64,000 bases of DNA from Candidatus Marinacidobacterales bacterium (GCA_965237955.1 OZ250169.1:2432001-2496000), one strand, 5' to 3'. Counted from the first letter of the stretch, positions 20,883 through 31,427 are shown. Notes: generated by a model from the sequence alone, not told the origin. Numbers and translations: made by a program.

Positions 20883-23381
20883 TCAGCGTAGACTTTCGGC
20901 AATGCCTTTCACGGTCTGTGCGAGGGAGTGCAGTCGAGCTTGGTCGCGTCCGCTCGCGGCGGCGCTATCGCCCTCGAGGTCGGTCGCGAGCGCGTCGAGC
21001 TGATCCGAAGTTCCGGCGTCGTCTGAAGTCCCGCTGGCCAGAATTTGATCGGCGAGCTCGAGCGCGACCGTCAAGGCTTCGGCTCGCTCCGATGGAATCG
21101 CACCACTCCGCCCGAGCTGGTCGAGGTACGCGCGTGCTATTACGGGGCTCGCCGGCCAGTCGATGCGCCGCTGCTGTTGTACGTTGACGACGTCAGGAGA
21201 CACCAGCGACGCCGCGTCGATCTCGTTCTGCGACAAGTACTCGCTCGGCAAGAGCTTCAGCACGTCGAGGCCCCGGACGATTTCGGTGCCGTAGATGTAG
21301 CCGCGGTACCAATACGCCGACCAATAACCCGCCAGGATAAGCTTCTTCGCGTCGATCGGGCCGCGGTCGAAAAACGCGATCTCGACCGGCTTCGAGGAAT
21401 CGGTGAAATCGAATACTGAGATTCCGCCTTGATACCAAGCTTGAACCATGATGTCGCGCCCGGGAACGGGTACGAGAGAGCCGTTGTGAGCGACGCAGTT
21501 CTCCTGCTCGGTCTGCGGAGCCGGCATCTTGAAGTAGCTTCGGAACTCCATCTTGCGATCGACGATGTCGAAAATCGCGTTCGCGCCCCACTCTTTGGGA
21601 TCGGACGCACGACATCGCGGACGCCCGCCGCCGCTCCACTCATCCGTGAAGACCACCTTGGTGCCGTCATTATTAAAAGTCGCCGAGTGCCAGTAGCCGA
21701 AGCCCGGGTCGATCACTTGATCGATTCGGACCGGATTCACCGGATCGGAGATATCGAGAAGGATGCCGTTGCCGGAGCACGCCCCCGCCGCAAGGCCAAT
21801 CTCTGGATAGACGGTGATGTCGTGGCACTGGTTGGTTTCGGTCGTCTTCTGCGTTCCTGGCCCATGGTCGCCTCCCTTCCATAAGCCCGCGATCGCGCCG
21901 GACTCGGGATCTGCAAAAATGCGCGGTCGGCTGACGAGGCGTGCCTCTTCCGGTTTCGCGAGCGGGATTCGGATGACGTCGATGCTGAACAGAGCGGTGT
22001 TCGAATCCTCGCCCGGAGTCGCGTCCGAACAATCGGCGAGCTCATCTCCAGGGCGCACCGTGCCCGTCCCGGAACCATAGACGTATACGTTGCCTTCGTC
22101 ATCCGGGTCGGGCACCAGGGTGTGCGTATGCGACCCTCGGCACGTTTGGACCGCGGCAACCTGCTTCGGTATCCGCACGTCGCTGATATCGAAGATCCGC
22201 ACCCCGCGGAAACGCACGTCACTGACCGGCTCCGCGACCCCATGAAGGCCGCAGTCGAGCCGGCCCCGTGTCTGCTCGACCGACATGATCAGAAGATTCC
22301 CGGTGATAGACACATCGCCCTGGCCTCCGGGACACACGACCGAGCCGAGAAGTTGTGGCGAAAGCGGATCCTCGACGTTGTAGGTATTGAACCCGTGGTA
22401 ATTGCCTTCGAACAGAACGTCTCCGGCAAAAGCAAGATCCGTGTTCGCGAAGTTCAAGATACCGGGCCTAAACGCCGGCTGATCCGCGGCCGCGTTCTCG
22501 CCTTCCTCTTCGTCCGTCTCGGTGTCTTGTTCCTCCTCCTGGTCTCGCTCGCCCTGCGCTTCGGGTTCTTCATCCGCGGAATCGCTCTCCGACGGCATGG
22601 GCAGGCCGGCAGGTGCGTGGGGATCGAAAAAGCCGTCCGGCTTGGGAAGCGTCGCAACCCGCTCGAGATTCAACATCGCTTCACCAGCATCACGAAAGCC
22701 GGCTTTGAGATGAACCCGAGGATCGATAGAGAGGCCCGCGAGCATGGTGTCCATACGATCGATCTCCATGCTCTGATCGGCAGTGATATCGGATGTGAAA
22801 ACGAAGAGCTGCGAGTCCTGAGCCGCGCCGCGTTGGGAGAGGAGATCTTCGACCATGGTCAGCGCCCCGCGGTGGTGTTTGATCATGAGCTCGAGAAAGA
22901 GCCGATCGAATGCGACCCCGCGCGCCCCATCGAGTTGGCTCATCTCCTCGGCCGTCAGCATGCCCGGCATCAGCTCGGCGCCATGCGCGTGATGAGCATC
23001 CACGTCGGTGACCTCCTGGCCGTGCGCGCGTAGCCATTCCTGCATCATCTTGATTTCGTCTTCCTGGGAGAGCTCGATGCGTTTTGCGAGCTTGTGCATG
23101 ACGTCCCACTCGCTCCGGGTCGCGAGGAGCTCGGTCATCTCGAGTGCCTGGGCGTGGTGGGAGATCATTCCCTGCATGAAGCTCACATCGGCTTCGGCAA
23201 ATTGAATGCCAGCGAGATCGGAGGCTTCCTCCGCGGAGATCCGCCGACTCGGCTCACCGGGCGCACCCGGTTGGACGATCGGAGGCGGTGTTTGACTCTC
23301 CGCCGCGCCGATCGGCATGAACGCCGCGACGATGATGACGGTCGCGCCAAGTCGCCGGAAAGAGCGTTTCTGTATGCTCAT
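20883..23381 (-). CDS. Exported DUF305 (ferritin-like) plus LVIVD-repeat protein
   Basis: Signal peptide, ADVSFMQGMISHHAQALEM, MIKHHRGA, CPGGQGDVS, CRGSHTHT, CHDITV, ENCVAHNGS. Confidence 0.85.
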   Translation of the reverse strand: MSIQKRSFRRLGATVIIVAAFMPIGAAESQTPPPIVQPGAPGEPSRRISAEEASDLAGIQFAEADVSFMQGMISHHAQALEMTELLATRSEWDVMHKLAKRIELSQEDEIKMMQEWLRAHGQEVTDVDAHHAHGAELMPGMLTAEEMSQLDGARGVAFDRLFLELMIKHHRGALTMVEDLLSQRGAAQDSQLFVFTSDITADQSMEIDRMDTMLAGLSIDPRVHLKAGFRDAGEAMLNLERVATLPKPDGFFDPHAPAGLPMPSESDSADEEPEAQGERDQEEEQDTETDEEEGENAAADQPAFRPGILNFANTDLAFAGDVLFEGNYHGFNTYNVEDPLSPQLLGSVVCPGGQGDVSITGNLLIMSVEQTRGRLDCGLHGVAEPVSDVRFRGVRIFDISDVRIPKQVAAVQTCRGSHTHTLVPDPDDEGNVYVYGSGTGTVRPGDELADCSDATPGEDSNTALFSIDVIRIPLAKPEEARLVSRPRIFADPESGAIAGLWKGGDHGPGTQKTTETNQCHDITVYPEIGLAAGACSGNGILLDISDPVNPVRIDQVIDPGFGYWHSATFNNDGTKVVFTDEWSGGGRPRCRASDPKEWGANAIFDIVDRKMEFRSYFKMPAPQTEQENCVAHNGSLVPVPGRDIMVQAWYQGGISVFDFTDSSKPVEIAFFDRGPIDAKKLILAGYWSAYWYRGYIYGTEIVRGLDVLKLLPSEYLSQNEIDAASLVSPDVVNVQQQRRIDWPASPVIARAYLDQLGRSGAIPSERAEALTVALELADQILASGTSDDAGTSDQLDALATDLEGDSAAASGRDQARLHSLAQTVKGIAESLR

Positions 23382-23541
23382 GGGTGACCTCCACTTGATT
23401 CCCGCGCCTCTGACGCTCGGGAGCTGTATTCTAGTACATGGCCGAGCGCTCATGCGGCTCTTCGATCGTCGAGCGAGCGACCGCTTGCGTCACCGCTTGC
23501 ATCAGGCGCGACGACGATCGTGCTCGTGATATCGTTCCGCG

Positions 23542-24390
23542 ATGCCGCTCCGGAGCCGTGCGCCTGTTGCCCGGCGGGTCGGCTTCACGGCCGCACTGAG
23601 CCGCGTTTGGTACTGGGCGCTGGTGGTCGGCGGTTACAGCGCGCTGCCCGTTCTCATCGGCTCGACGCCTTGGGCCGAGCGTTTCGATCTGGCGCCCACC
23701 GTCGATGCCATCATCGCCCTCATCCTGGGCGTGTTTCTCATGTTTCGCATCAACCGGGCCTACGAGCGCTGGTGGGAAGCACGCACGCTCTGGGGAACGC
23801 TGGTGAACGTGAGCCGCAATCTCGCGATCAAGGCCAAGACGCTTGCCGAACCGGATGCGATGGAAAGCCGCAGGCTCAGGACTCTCATCGTCGGGTTTTG
23901 CTACGGGCTGAAACATCACCTGCGCGGCGACGCGGCATTGCGGAAAGTTACAGGGTTCGAGAGCACCGAGGACGACCCGAAGCATGTACCGGCCTACATC
24001 GTCGAGCAGTTGTACGGGTTGTTGTCCGCGTGGCGAACCGCTGACAAGCTCTCCGACGCGGATCTCTGGGTGTTGGACCGAGAGGCGCGCGAGTTCCTGG
24101 AAGTGGCGGGCGGGTGCGAGAGAATCGAGAACACTCTGATGTCACAGTCGTTTTCGAGTCTCTCGCGACAAGCGCTCCTGCTTTATTTGTTGTATTTGCC
24201 GTGGTCCTTGGCGGGTGAGTTCAGCTACTTCACAATTCCTCTGACAATCCTCATCGCTTACTTCGTCATCGCCGCCGAAGGTATCGCGCACTATGCCGAA
24301 CGGCCTTTCGGCAAGGACGACGATCACCTCGACTTGGATTCTATTTGCGCCAGTATCGATGCCAGCGTGACCGAGATTCTGGGGCGGTAA
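23542..24390 (+). CDS. Bestrophin-family (YneE-like) anion channel
   Basis: FRINRAYERWWEARTLWGTLVN, GGCERIENT, ERPFGKDDDHLDLD. Confidence 0.88.
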   Translation: MPLRSRAPVARRVGFTAALSRVWYWALVVGGYSALPVLIGSTPWAERFDLAPTVDAIIALILGVFLMFRINRAYERWWEARTLWGTLVNVSRNLAIKAKTLAEPDAMESRRLRTLIVGFCYGLKHHLRGDAALRKVTGFESTEDDPKHVPAYIVEQLYGLLSAWRTADKLSDADLWVLDREAREFLEVAGGCERIENTLMSQSFSSLSRQALLLYLLYLPWSLAGEFSYFTIPLTILIAYFVIAAEGIAHYAERPFGKDDDHLDLDSICASIDASVTEILGR

Positions 24391-24752
24391 CGGAGCATGG
24401 ATCCGGGTGCTGATACGACAGCGACCGTCGTTCGGTTCTGGCCTTCTCTCGTCGGTGCTGTTTTTGTTGCACTCGTTCATTGAATCTCTACGATCGAGCG
24501 GCGCGCTTTCTTTTTTTGCCGCGAGCGTTTATGCCGGCTGGTTCACGGGAGTGGTCGTCGAGATTTCAGACGCAACCCTCGCTTTGTGGTTCTCGTTCCT
24601 GGCCGACGGAATCATCGTCGTTGCGACGGTGTACGAAGTTCCCCAAATCCGATCACCCAGACAGCACGCGTTTTTTTGTACCGGCGCTTGCTGTTTTTCC
24701 GTGCTAGTCCTTGCAGTGGAAAACTTTCAGACATAGCGCGAACGGAGACGCC

Positions 24753-25283
24753 TCATCTAAGGCCATGTTCGAGAATCAGCCGGTCGATCACGGACACCGC
24801 CGCGTCCAATCGCTCGCCGCGTGAGCCACGGATCTTGGTAAACGTCAGGCGGCGCTCGACGAGAGCGCCACGGAACAGCTCGTGCAACTCTTCACGCCGG
24901 TCGCCGCGATCGCGCTGATCCCCATCGGGGACCCAAGGGATGTCGATGTCGGCTAGGAGGTAGAGGTCTGCGGCTCGTTTCTCCAAAGCCGCCTCGATCC
25001 ACTGGGGGCAATTGCCGTAGTAGTGGTGACTATAGAGGACCGTGCTGAATAGGTCGTTATCCTCAATAAGAAGACGGGACGCCTCGTCGGCTTTCTCGTC
25101 CTCGAGGACGATTTGGCCGCGGGCGATGGCCTCGACATCTTCGTAGTCGGGAGCGGCGCCGTTGTCGATCACGAATTGGCGTGCAAACTCCGGCACCCAG
25201 GCGGTCTGGTAGTGCGCCGCAAGCGCCGCCGCGAGTGTCGTCTTGCCACTACATTCGGAGCCGACCACCGCGACGCGGATCAC
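24753..25283 (-). CDS. NadR-type P-loop kinase/ATPase (AAA_28)
   Basis: RVAVVGSECSGKTTLAAALAAHY...WVPEFARQ...IARGQ...DIPWVPDGDQR. GTG start overlaps the pnuC stop. Confidence 0.85.
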   Translation of the reverse strand: MIRVAVVGSECSGKTTLAAALAAHYQTAWVPEFARQFVIDNGAAPDYEDVEAIARGQIVLEDEKADEASRLLIEDNDLFSTVLYSHHYYGNCPQWIEAALEKRAADLYLLADIDIPWVPDGDQRDRGDRREELHELFRGALVERRLTFTKIRGSRGERLDAAVSVIDRLILEHGLR

Positions 25284-25867
25284 GAGGTCAACGCCGGCGC
25301 GGCCGATTCGCCACCCAAGAGCGACCGTCGCCACTCGGCGAAACCCATGGCGGCGAGCACAAGAAAGACCGCGTAAAGTCCCGCCGTGAGGTAGAGCTCC
25401 TTGTACAAGAACATGCCGACGTAGAAGACATCGACGGCGAGCCACGCGAGCCAGGATTCGAGGAGCTTCTGGGTCTGCATCCACTGGGCGGCGATGCTGA
25501 ACGAGGTGAGCGTCGAGTCCATGAATGGCAGCGACGCGTTGGTGAAGCGGGTCAGCGTATGGCCGAGCAGAATCCCGCCGAGCGTTGCGACCAACAGGAG
25601 CACCACGCGGGTCGTGCCCGACGTCAGCGAAACCGCGAGCTCGCCGTGATCATCACCGCCGTGCAACCAGGCCCACCAGCCGTAGGCCGCGAGCCCGAGA
25701 TACAAACCCTGGAGCCCCATATCGGCGTACAGCCGCGCATCGTAGAAAACGAATGCGTACAGTGTGACGCTGACCATGGCGAGCGGCCAGCACCAGATGA
25801 TCTGGCGCACCGTCAGGTAGACCGCTAGCAGCGTGAGGACGACAGCGACTAACTCGAGAGACAACAC
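25280..25867 (-). CDS. pnuC: PnuC-family vitamin transporter (probably thiamine, PnuT-like)
   Basis: LYADMGLQ, YGWWAW, PFMDS, AQWMQTQKLLESWLAWLAVD. Confidence 0.88.
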   Translation of the reverse strand: MLSLELVAVVLTLLAVYLTVRQIIWCWPLAMVSVTLYAFVFYDARLYADMGLQGLYLGLAAYGWWAWLHGGDDHGELAVSLTSGTTRVVLLLVATLGGILLGHTLTRFTNASLPFMDSTLTSFSIAAQWMQTQKLLESWLAWLAVDVFYVGMFLYKELYLTAGLYAVFLVLAAMGFAEWRRSLLGGESAAPALTS

Positions 25868-25873
25868 GTCGAC

Positions 25874-28237
25874 TCAGAAGCCGACCTGAAGCGAGACGAC
25901 GAAGTTGCGCGTCGCCAACGGGTAGTAAAAGGGAATGCCGTCGAGGCTGACTATGCCAGTGCCGGCGCTGTTCCGAACGAGAAATTGATAACTGTAGCCG
26001 CTAGGGAACTGGTCGCGGTTGTCGAGCACGTTGTTGACGAACAGCGTGACGCGCGCGTCGACACCTTGCCACCAGCGACCCAGGCTCTGCGCCGCCCGCA
26101 CGTCCACGTTGGTGAACGACGGCGTCCGGAATTCGGCGAGTCCGGTGTTGTCGAGCTGGGATTCAGCCACATAGCGACCCATGAGCCCGATGCTGGTGTC
26201 GCGATGCGACCATTCGACGCCGAGGTTAAACAAGAGCTCGGGCGTGAGTAGCGGCCGCACGTTCTGGTAGGTGATCGGCTCGCTTCCGATCCACGTCCCC
26301 TGCTCGTCGAAGACATCGTAGAACTGTGTCCATTCTCGGATGCGGTTACGGCTTACGTTCAGACTGTGCAACACGGACCAGTTCGGTATCGGCATCCACT
26401 TCAGATCGACTTCGATACCGCGCCGGTACGAGCGATCGACGTTCTGCCGTAGCGGCAGACCGACTTCGGACAGCTCGCCGGTCAAGGCGATCTCGTTCCG
26501 GAACTCCATCAGATAGACGTTGGCCTGTAAGCCGAGCCAGGGCGTGTTCCAATTGACGCCACCCTCGAAGTTCACCACCGATTCGGGTTTCACCGCTTTG
26601 AGATCATGCGGCACGGTGGCGTTGTCCTCGCCCAGCAGAAGATCGAGGCGCGCCGGCTCGCGCTGTGCTCTCCCGATAGAGGTGTAAAGACTCAAACCCG
26701 GAGAGAGCGTTTGTCTCACGCCGATCTTGGGGTCGAGAAAGTTCCAGTCGATCGGGTCCAACTCGACGTCACCTTCGTACGAGAAGCCGGCCCAGCGCCA
26801 TTGGACGTCGCCGAAAAGGAGCGTGTCTCCCAGACGGTACTCGAGCTTGCCGAAGGCGTTCGTTGTCTCCTTGAACCCGGTGTTCTTGTACACACGAGTG
26901 TCCGTGTCGCTATCGAGAAAATGGTCGCCGCTGAAGTCGTTGTAGTGCACACCCACCGTCGCCGAAAGATTATCCACGGTTGTACTCAGCGTGACCATGC
27001 TGCCGAAAAATCCCTGGTCGATGCCGAATCGCAGCAAGTCGTTTTGCGCTACCGGATCGTCCCATAATTGGAACCAACCGTCGGCGCCGTTGTAATAGAA
27101 CGACGCGCTCAGCAACGAGTCGCTGCCGAGCTCCCGCATATACTTGATTTGGGCGAAATCCTGTCCGAAGTTGTCGCGGTCTTCCTCGGTGAGCGGGTTG
27201 AACCGTCGGTTCTCGCTCAGGGCGTCCGGGTCGACCGCGAGATAGGCAAGCTGCGACTTCTCGTCGCCTGAAAATGCGACCAGCGACAAGGACGATCGCT
27301 CTTGCTGCCAACCCGCGTTCACAAAGAACGTGTGATGCTCGGTGCCGGAGCGCTCGCGATATCCATCGGTTTTGGCGTACGAGAACCGTCCGGAGACGTA
27401 GAGCCCGTTGTCGAAAACGCCCGACTCGTAGCCGATCGAGGCGCGCGTGGTGTCGTACGAGGCCAGTACCAACCGAGCATCACCCTGGTTGTCTCGAGGC
27501 GGCGCCGCGCTTGCGAAGTTCACCGAACCGCCGTAGGCGGGCGAGCCGACCGACGAGGTGCCCACGCCGCGCTGGATTTGAATGCTGTCGACAGCGCTCA
27601 GGAAGTCGTGAAAATTGTTGAAGAACAGCGCGTGGTCCGCGGGGTCGTTGAGGGGCGCCCCGTCGAGGGTCATGCTGATGCGCGTCTGTTGGATTCCGCG
27701 CATGCTGAAGTACGAGTAGTTGGACCCGATGCCCGAGTCCGAGTACCAGTTCATCGACGGAGTATGCTCGAGGAGCTCCGGAACATCCTGTCCGTAGCTG
27801 AATTTCTCGATCTCCTCACGGTCCATGTTGCGCTTCGTCACCGGGACTTCTTCTCCTGCTCGAATCCCGACGACGGTGATCGACTCTTCGACCGTGCTCA
27901 CCCACTGGAGTCGGAGCTCGAGCTCGAGACTTTGATCCAAAACCGTCACGCGGTGGTGCAACAACCGGTAGGCGGGATGGGATACGCTGAGCTCCCACGC
28001 GCCGCGGGTTAGCGAAATCTCGAAGTGTCCCATCTCGTCGGTGGCCACGCTCTCTCGCCCGTCCATCCCGTCTATCTCGATGCGGGCTCCTGCCACCGGC
28101 TCGCCCGTGGGGGCGAGGACGACTCCCTGCACCCGAATCGGGGCTTGCGCAAAGGCGTTGGAGGAAACTGCAACGAGCGTCATCACAAGAGCGACACCGA
28201 TGAGCGGAAGGCGATCGTGGATGTTCTTGGCGAACAT
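25874..28237 (-). CDS. TonB-dependent receptor, probably for thiamine
   Basis: Signal peptide, carboxypeptidase-like domain, plug (GQDVPELL...IQIQRGVGTS), C-terminal F; downstream of a TPP riboswitch. Confidence 0.9.
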   Translation of the reverse strand: MFAKNIHDRLPLIGVALVMTLVAVSSNAFAQAPIRVQGVVLAPTGEPVAGARIEIDGMDGRESVATDEMGHFEISLTRGAWELSVSHPAYRLLHHRVTVLDQSLELELRLQWVSTVEESITVVGIRAGEEVPVTKRNMDREEIEKFSYGQDVPELLEHTPSMNWYSDSGIGSNYSYFSMRGIQQTRISMTLDGAPLNDPADHALFFNNFHDFLSAVDSIQIQRGVGTSSVGSPAYGGSVNFASAAPPRDNQGDARLVLASYDTTRASIGYESGVFDNGLYVSGRFSYAKTDGYRERSGTEHHTFFVNAGWQQERSSLSLVAFSGDEKSQLAYLAVDPDALSENRRFNPLTEEDRDNFGQDFAQIKYMRELGSDSLLSASFYYNGADGWFQLWDDPVAQNDLLRFGIDQGFFGSMVTLSTTVDNLSATVGVHYNDFSGDHFLDSDTDTRVYKNTGFKETTNAFGKLEYRLGDTLLFGDVQWRWAGFSYEGDVELDPIDWNFLDPKIGVRQTLSPGLSLYTSIGRAQREPARLDLLLGEDNATVPHDLKAVKPESVVNFEGGVNWNTPWLGLQANVYLMEFRNEIALTGELSEVGLPLRQNVDRSYRRGIEVDLKWMPIPNWSVLHSLNVSRNRIREWTQFYDVFDEQGTWIGSEPITYQNVRPLLTPELLFNLGVEWSHRDTSIGLMGRYVAESQLDNTGLAEFRTPSFTNVDVRAAQSLGRWWQGVDARVTLFVNNVLDNRDQFPSGYSYQFLVRNSAGTGIVSLDGIPFYYPLATRNFVVSLQVGF

Positions 28238-28310
28238 GTCATTCTCCCAAAAACCGGAGATGGCCGAATCGCGCCGAGCTGGCTTGCTCCGTGGTGTCGG
28301 AAAAGCCAGG

Positions 28311-28386
28311 TGCCGTTTCCTCCGCCGGTACGAACCGGATCAGGTTCTGAGGGTTTGCTCTCAGGCCGCGCGGCCACCCCTAGGCG
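28311..28386 (-). ncRNA. TPP riboswitch
   Basis: Minus strand: GGGGTG...CTGAGA-gcaaa-CCCT-cag-AACCTGATCCGGTTCGTACCGGCGGAGGAA. RBS lies in a TCTCC...GGAGA hairpin. Confidence 0.93.
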
Positions 28387-28472
28387 TATTGTCAGCGCTA
28401 GATTCGCGCTTTCTTCACGGGAAGTCAAGAGGGGTAAAGGTGCTGAGGTTTGTGGTAGGCTCGCAAACGATC

Positions 28473-29246
28473 ATGAGAATACTGAGCGTGTTGGGCCTGG
28501 TCGCGCTGAGCGCGAGCCTCGACGCCAGCCCGCGCTCGACACCACACACGTCGTCCTGGTGACGCTCGACGGGCTTCGCTGGCAGGAAGTATTCACCGGT
28601 GCGGATTTGGCAGCGGCGCGAGAACCGCGGCGTGCCGTACGTGTTTCTGAAGCCGAGCCAGGGCGCCGTGATCGGCAATGGCGATCCGATCGTGATCCCG
28701 TTACGGCCGCGACCGCACCGACTGGGAAGTCGAGCTCGGCACGGTGATCGGCCGGGCCGCCAAGTATGTGTCCGCGAGTGATGCGGCGGACTACGTCTTC
28801 GGTTACACTGCCCCGGGAGGAAACCCGTTGCGGTCAGATTGGTTCGTCGGCAAAGGACACGACACGTTCGCGCCGCAAGGCCCATGGATCGTACCCAAGG
28901 AGTTCTATGGCGACCCGATGGAAAACCTCAGGCAGACGCTCAGCGTCGGCGACACCCGAATGCAACAAGCGACCACGGGCGACATGATTCACTCTCTGTG
29001 GGAGTTGGTCGAGTACGCCTTGTCCATCGTCACGCTCTTCCCGGGCGATGTGATCAACAACGGGACGTCGGGTGGTGCCGGGATGGGCACGGCGGCGCCT
29101 AGCGCTTCTTACAGCCGGGCGAAGTTGTCGAGGTGACCATCGATGGAATCGGAACGTTGCGTATGCCGGTGGTGGCCGAGGAGCCACCGACTGGCCTGAC
29201 CGGCGCCCAGCTACCGCCCGTCAAAAGCTATCGTGACCCGCAGTGA
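28473..29246 (+). pseudogene. Chimeric remnant: alkaline-phosphatase-superfamily N-terminus joined to a fumarylacetoacetate-hydrolase C-terminus
   Basis: HVVLVTLDGLRWQEVFTGAD followed by PYVFLKP, DWEVELG, GKGHDTFAPQGPWIV, TLFPGDVINNGT; several frameshifts. Confidence 0.7.
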
Positions 29247-29315
29247 GGTCACCCATGCGAATCCAGACGATCCGGTGATTTTCGGGGCGGGTCCCGGAAT
29301 CAGGCGTGCCTCGGG

Positions 29316-29969
29316 CTAACGCAGGTAGCGCCGCACGCCGAAGAGCAATGTCGTTGCTGGTTCGGGAACGTCAGGTGGTGGCACGGTGTCTTCGGTTGTA
29401 ATGCTCAAAGTCGAAAAGATGAGGTGGGCGCCGTTGAACGAGCTTTCGGAAACGCCACCACCAAAGATAGGGAGAGCCGTCACCAAGCCCGGGCCGGAAA
29501 GTGCAAGCGAGAATGTGGCGGCTCCATCCGCGAGGCTCGGAAATAACAACGGCAGCAGCGGAATTGTATAGACGTTATAGACCTGGTCTCCGGAGCTCGA
29601 CGCTTCGAACAGAGTGTCTAGGTCTCCACTCAAGTCGTGTCCATCGAACCCGAACGAGGCTAGTTGGCTCCCCGAAGCCGCCGAATCGTGATCGGCGATC
29701 CCGATGACGATTGACGCGCTCAGAATCGGGTCGGCGATCCCGTAAGCGAATGTCCAGTCCGCCGAGAAGTTCGGTCCGAGGATCTCGATTCCGATGCCGG
29801 CGTCGAACGGTGGCACTTGGCCGCTCTGGGCGGCGAGGAGATCCAAGATCGTCAAGGCGTCGCCGTCGGCGAAGGCTGGTGTGCCGTTTCCAAGCGTTTG
29901 CGTGATCAAGCCCGCTTCCAGCTGCCCGGCGAGGAAAACGAACGCTAGTGTCGTGAAAAATCGTCTCAT
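29316..29969 (-). CDS. PEP-CTERM sorting-domain protein (TM tail looks shortened or frameshifted)
   Basis: Signal peptide and C-terminal DVPEPATTLLFG. Confidence 0.8.
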   Translation of the reverse strand: MRRFFTTLAFVFLAGQLEAGLITQTLGNGTPAFADGDALTILDLLAAQSGQVPPFDAGIGIEILGPNFSADWTFAYGIADPILSASIVIGIADHDSAASGSQLASFGFDGHDLSGDLDTLFEASSSGDQVYNVYTIPLLPLLFPSLADGAATFSLALSGPGLVTALPIFGGGVSESSFNGAHLIFSTLSITTEDTVPPPDVPEPATTLLFGVRRYLR

Positions 29970-30170
29970 CACTAGATCTCCGAGCAATCACTATGCCAAG
30001 TGCCGAACGTGCGTTCCATCAAGCGGTTACGGATTGGGGCTTCTACGAGAGGTGTCAATATTCCCGACGTGATTTCAGGCCGCGTTCGCGCAAGTCCTTG
30101 GACGTTTAGACTTACATGGATTTTGTGAGGTGTCAGACTTTCCGACGCCTTTTCGTGTTAGCGTGAACAG

Positions 30171-30644
30171 GTGAGTGTCGAACTTCGCCCGATCGCGCGA
30201 GAAGACGACCCGTTCTTGCGTCGGCTCTACGCGAGCACGCGATCGAGAGAGTTGGCGGACGCGCCGTGGACGCCGGAGCAAAAACAGACCTTCGTAACGC
30301 AGCAGTTCGACGCGCAGCATCGCCATTATCGAGAGACTTTCGAGAATGCGGATTTCGATGTCGTCGAGCGTGATGGGGCTCCGATCGGCCGTCTCTACGT
30401 CGACCGGCGCGCGGACGAAATCCGCGTCATCGACATCGCCCTCGTTCCCGAATCGAGGAACCAAGGCTTGGGCGCCAAGCTCATGCAATCTCTCTTGGAC
30501 GAAGCGAAAGAATCCGGAAAGCGCGTGAGCATACACGTTGAGTTGGGGAGTCCTGCGCGCCGTTTTTATGAGCGACTGGGCTTTGCCACGGTTTGCGACG
30601 ACGGCATGCACACTTTCATGGAGTGGTCGCCGGCCGGTGAGTGA
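30171..30644 (+). CDS. GNAT-family acetyltransferase of the type found beside tail-collar genes
   Basis: FLRRLYASTR...QQFDAQHRHY...IGRLYVDR...RNQGLG...ARRFYERLGF. Confidence 0.9.
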   Translation: MSVELRPIAREDDPFLRRLYASTRSRELADAPWTPEQKQTFVTQQFDAQHRHYRETFENADFDVVERDGAPIGRLYVDRRADEIRVIDIALVPESRNQGLGAKLMQSLLDEAKESGKRVSIHVELGSPARRFYERLGFATVCDDGMHTFMEWSPAGE

Positions 30645-30891
30645 GCTCCCTCGACGCGTCGTGGAGACGATCTTGGAGGATCGGCAAGGCGAAGGCCACT
30701 TTCGTGATCCGGAAAATCTCACGCATTACCTCCTTGGAAGCTACGCGCCAGGATCTTGTTTGTTCGAGCAATCACGCTCGGTGGCGGACGACGTTCTCGA
30801 GATGCTCGACGACGATGCCGATGCCGGTCGCCTGGCGGCGCACATCGAGCGAGCCATGAGCGCGGTGCTCGATCGAGCACGCCACCCCTAG
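30637..30891 (+). CDS. Hypothetical protein
   Basis: GTG overlapping the GNAT 3' end; 84 aa acidic ORF. Confidence 0.45.
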   Translation: MSELPRRVVETILEDRQGEGHFRDPENLTHYLLGSYAPGSCLFEQSRSVADDVLEMLDDDADAGRLAAHIERAMSAVLDRARHP

Positions 30892-31423
30892 CTCCGAGAA
30901 GGGAAGATGCCGACGAGCGCGATGATGTAATGTAGCGCCAGAAACGGCGGCATGTTCTCGTGCGATTGGTTGCCACCGGCGTTTTGGGTGGTGATGGTGT
31001 CCGCGGCCATGTCCGCGTTGGGCGCACTGGAGTTGTAGGTGGCTAAGCTCACGCCGAGGTCTTTCGACCAAGTGTTTCCAGTCGCTTCGTTACTGTCCCC
31101 TGGACCGTTGAAGCACCGGGCCGTCCCGGAGTGGTTGTGCGCTGCAATCTGATTCACGTTCAAGGTCACTTTTTCCACGCCGTCCCGCTCGCCCCAATTC
31201 CTTCTTGTGAGGCCCGGACCGGTGCCAACGTGGATCGGCGCTCGGCCGCGAAGATCGGGGAGACCGAAAGTGGTCCTGCCGTCCCCGCCGTACGTCGTCC
31301 AGAGAATCGAAAAAGTGCTGTGTTCGCGGAAATCGAAAGGAGCTGTCCGTCACAAAAAGCCCATCCTCGAGGTGCGAAGTTCCCGCCGAATAACATGATC
31401 TGAGCAATGAACGGTTCTGACAT
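30888..31423 (-). pseudogene. Phage tail-collar / microcystin-dependent (MdpB-like) protein, frameshifted
   Basis: MSEPFIAQIMLFGGNFAPRGWAFCDGQLLSI...(shift) TTYGGDGRTTFGLPDLRGR...HENMPPFLALHYIIALVGIFPSRS. Confidence 0.9.
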
Positions 31424-31427
31424 CTAG

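Noticed and set aside
24407-24736. Hydrophobic 109 aa ORF
   Set aside because: No clear RBS or recognisable family; may be a real small membrane protein but cannot be supported.
30888-31423. Prophage or tailocin
   Set aside because: No capsid, sheath, baseplate, lysis or integrase genes nearby.
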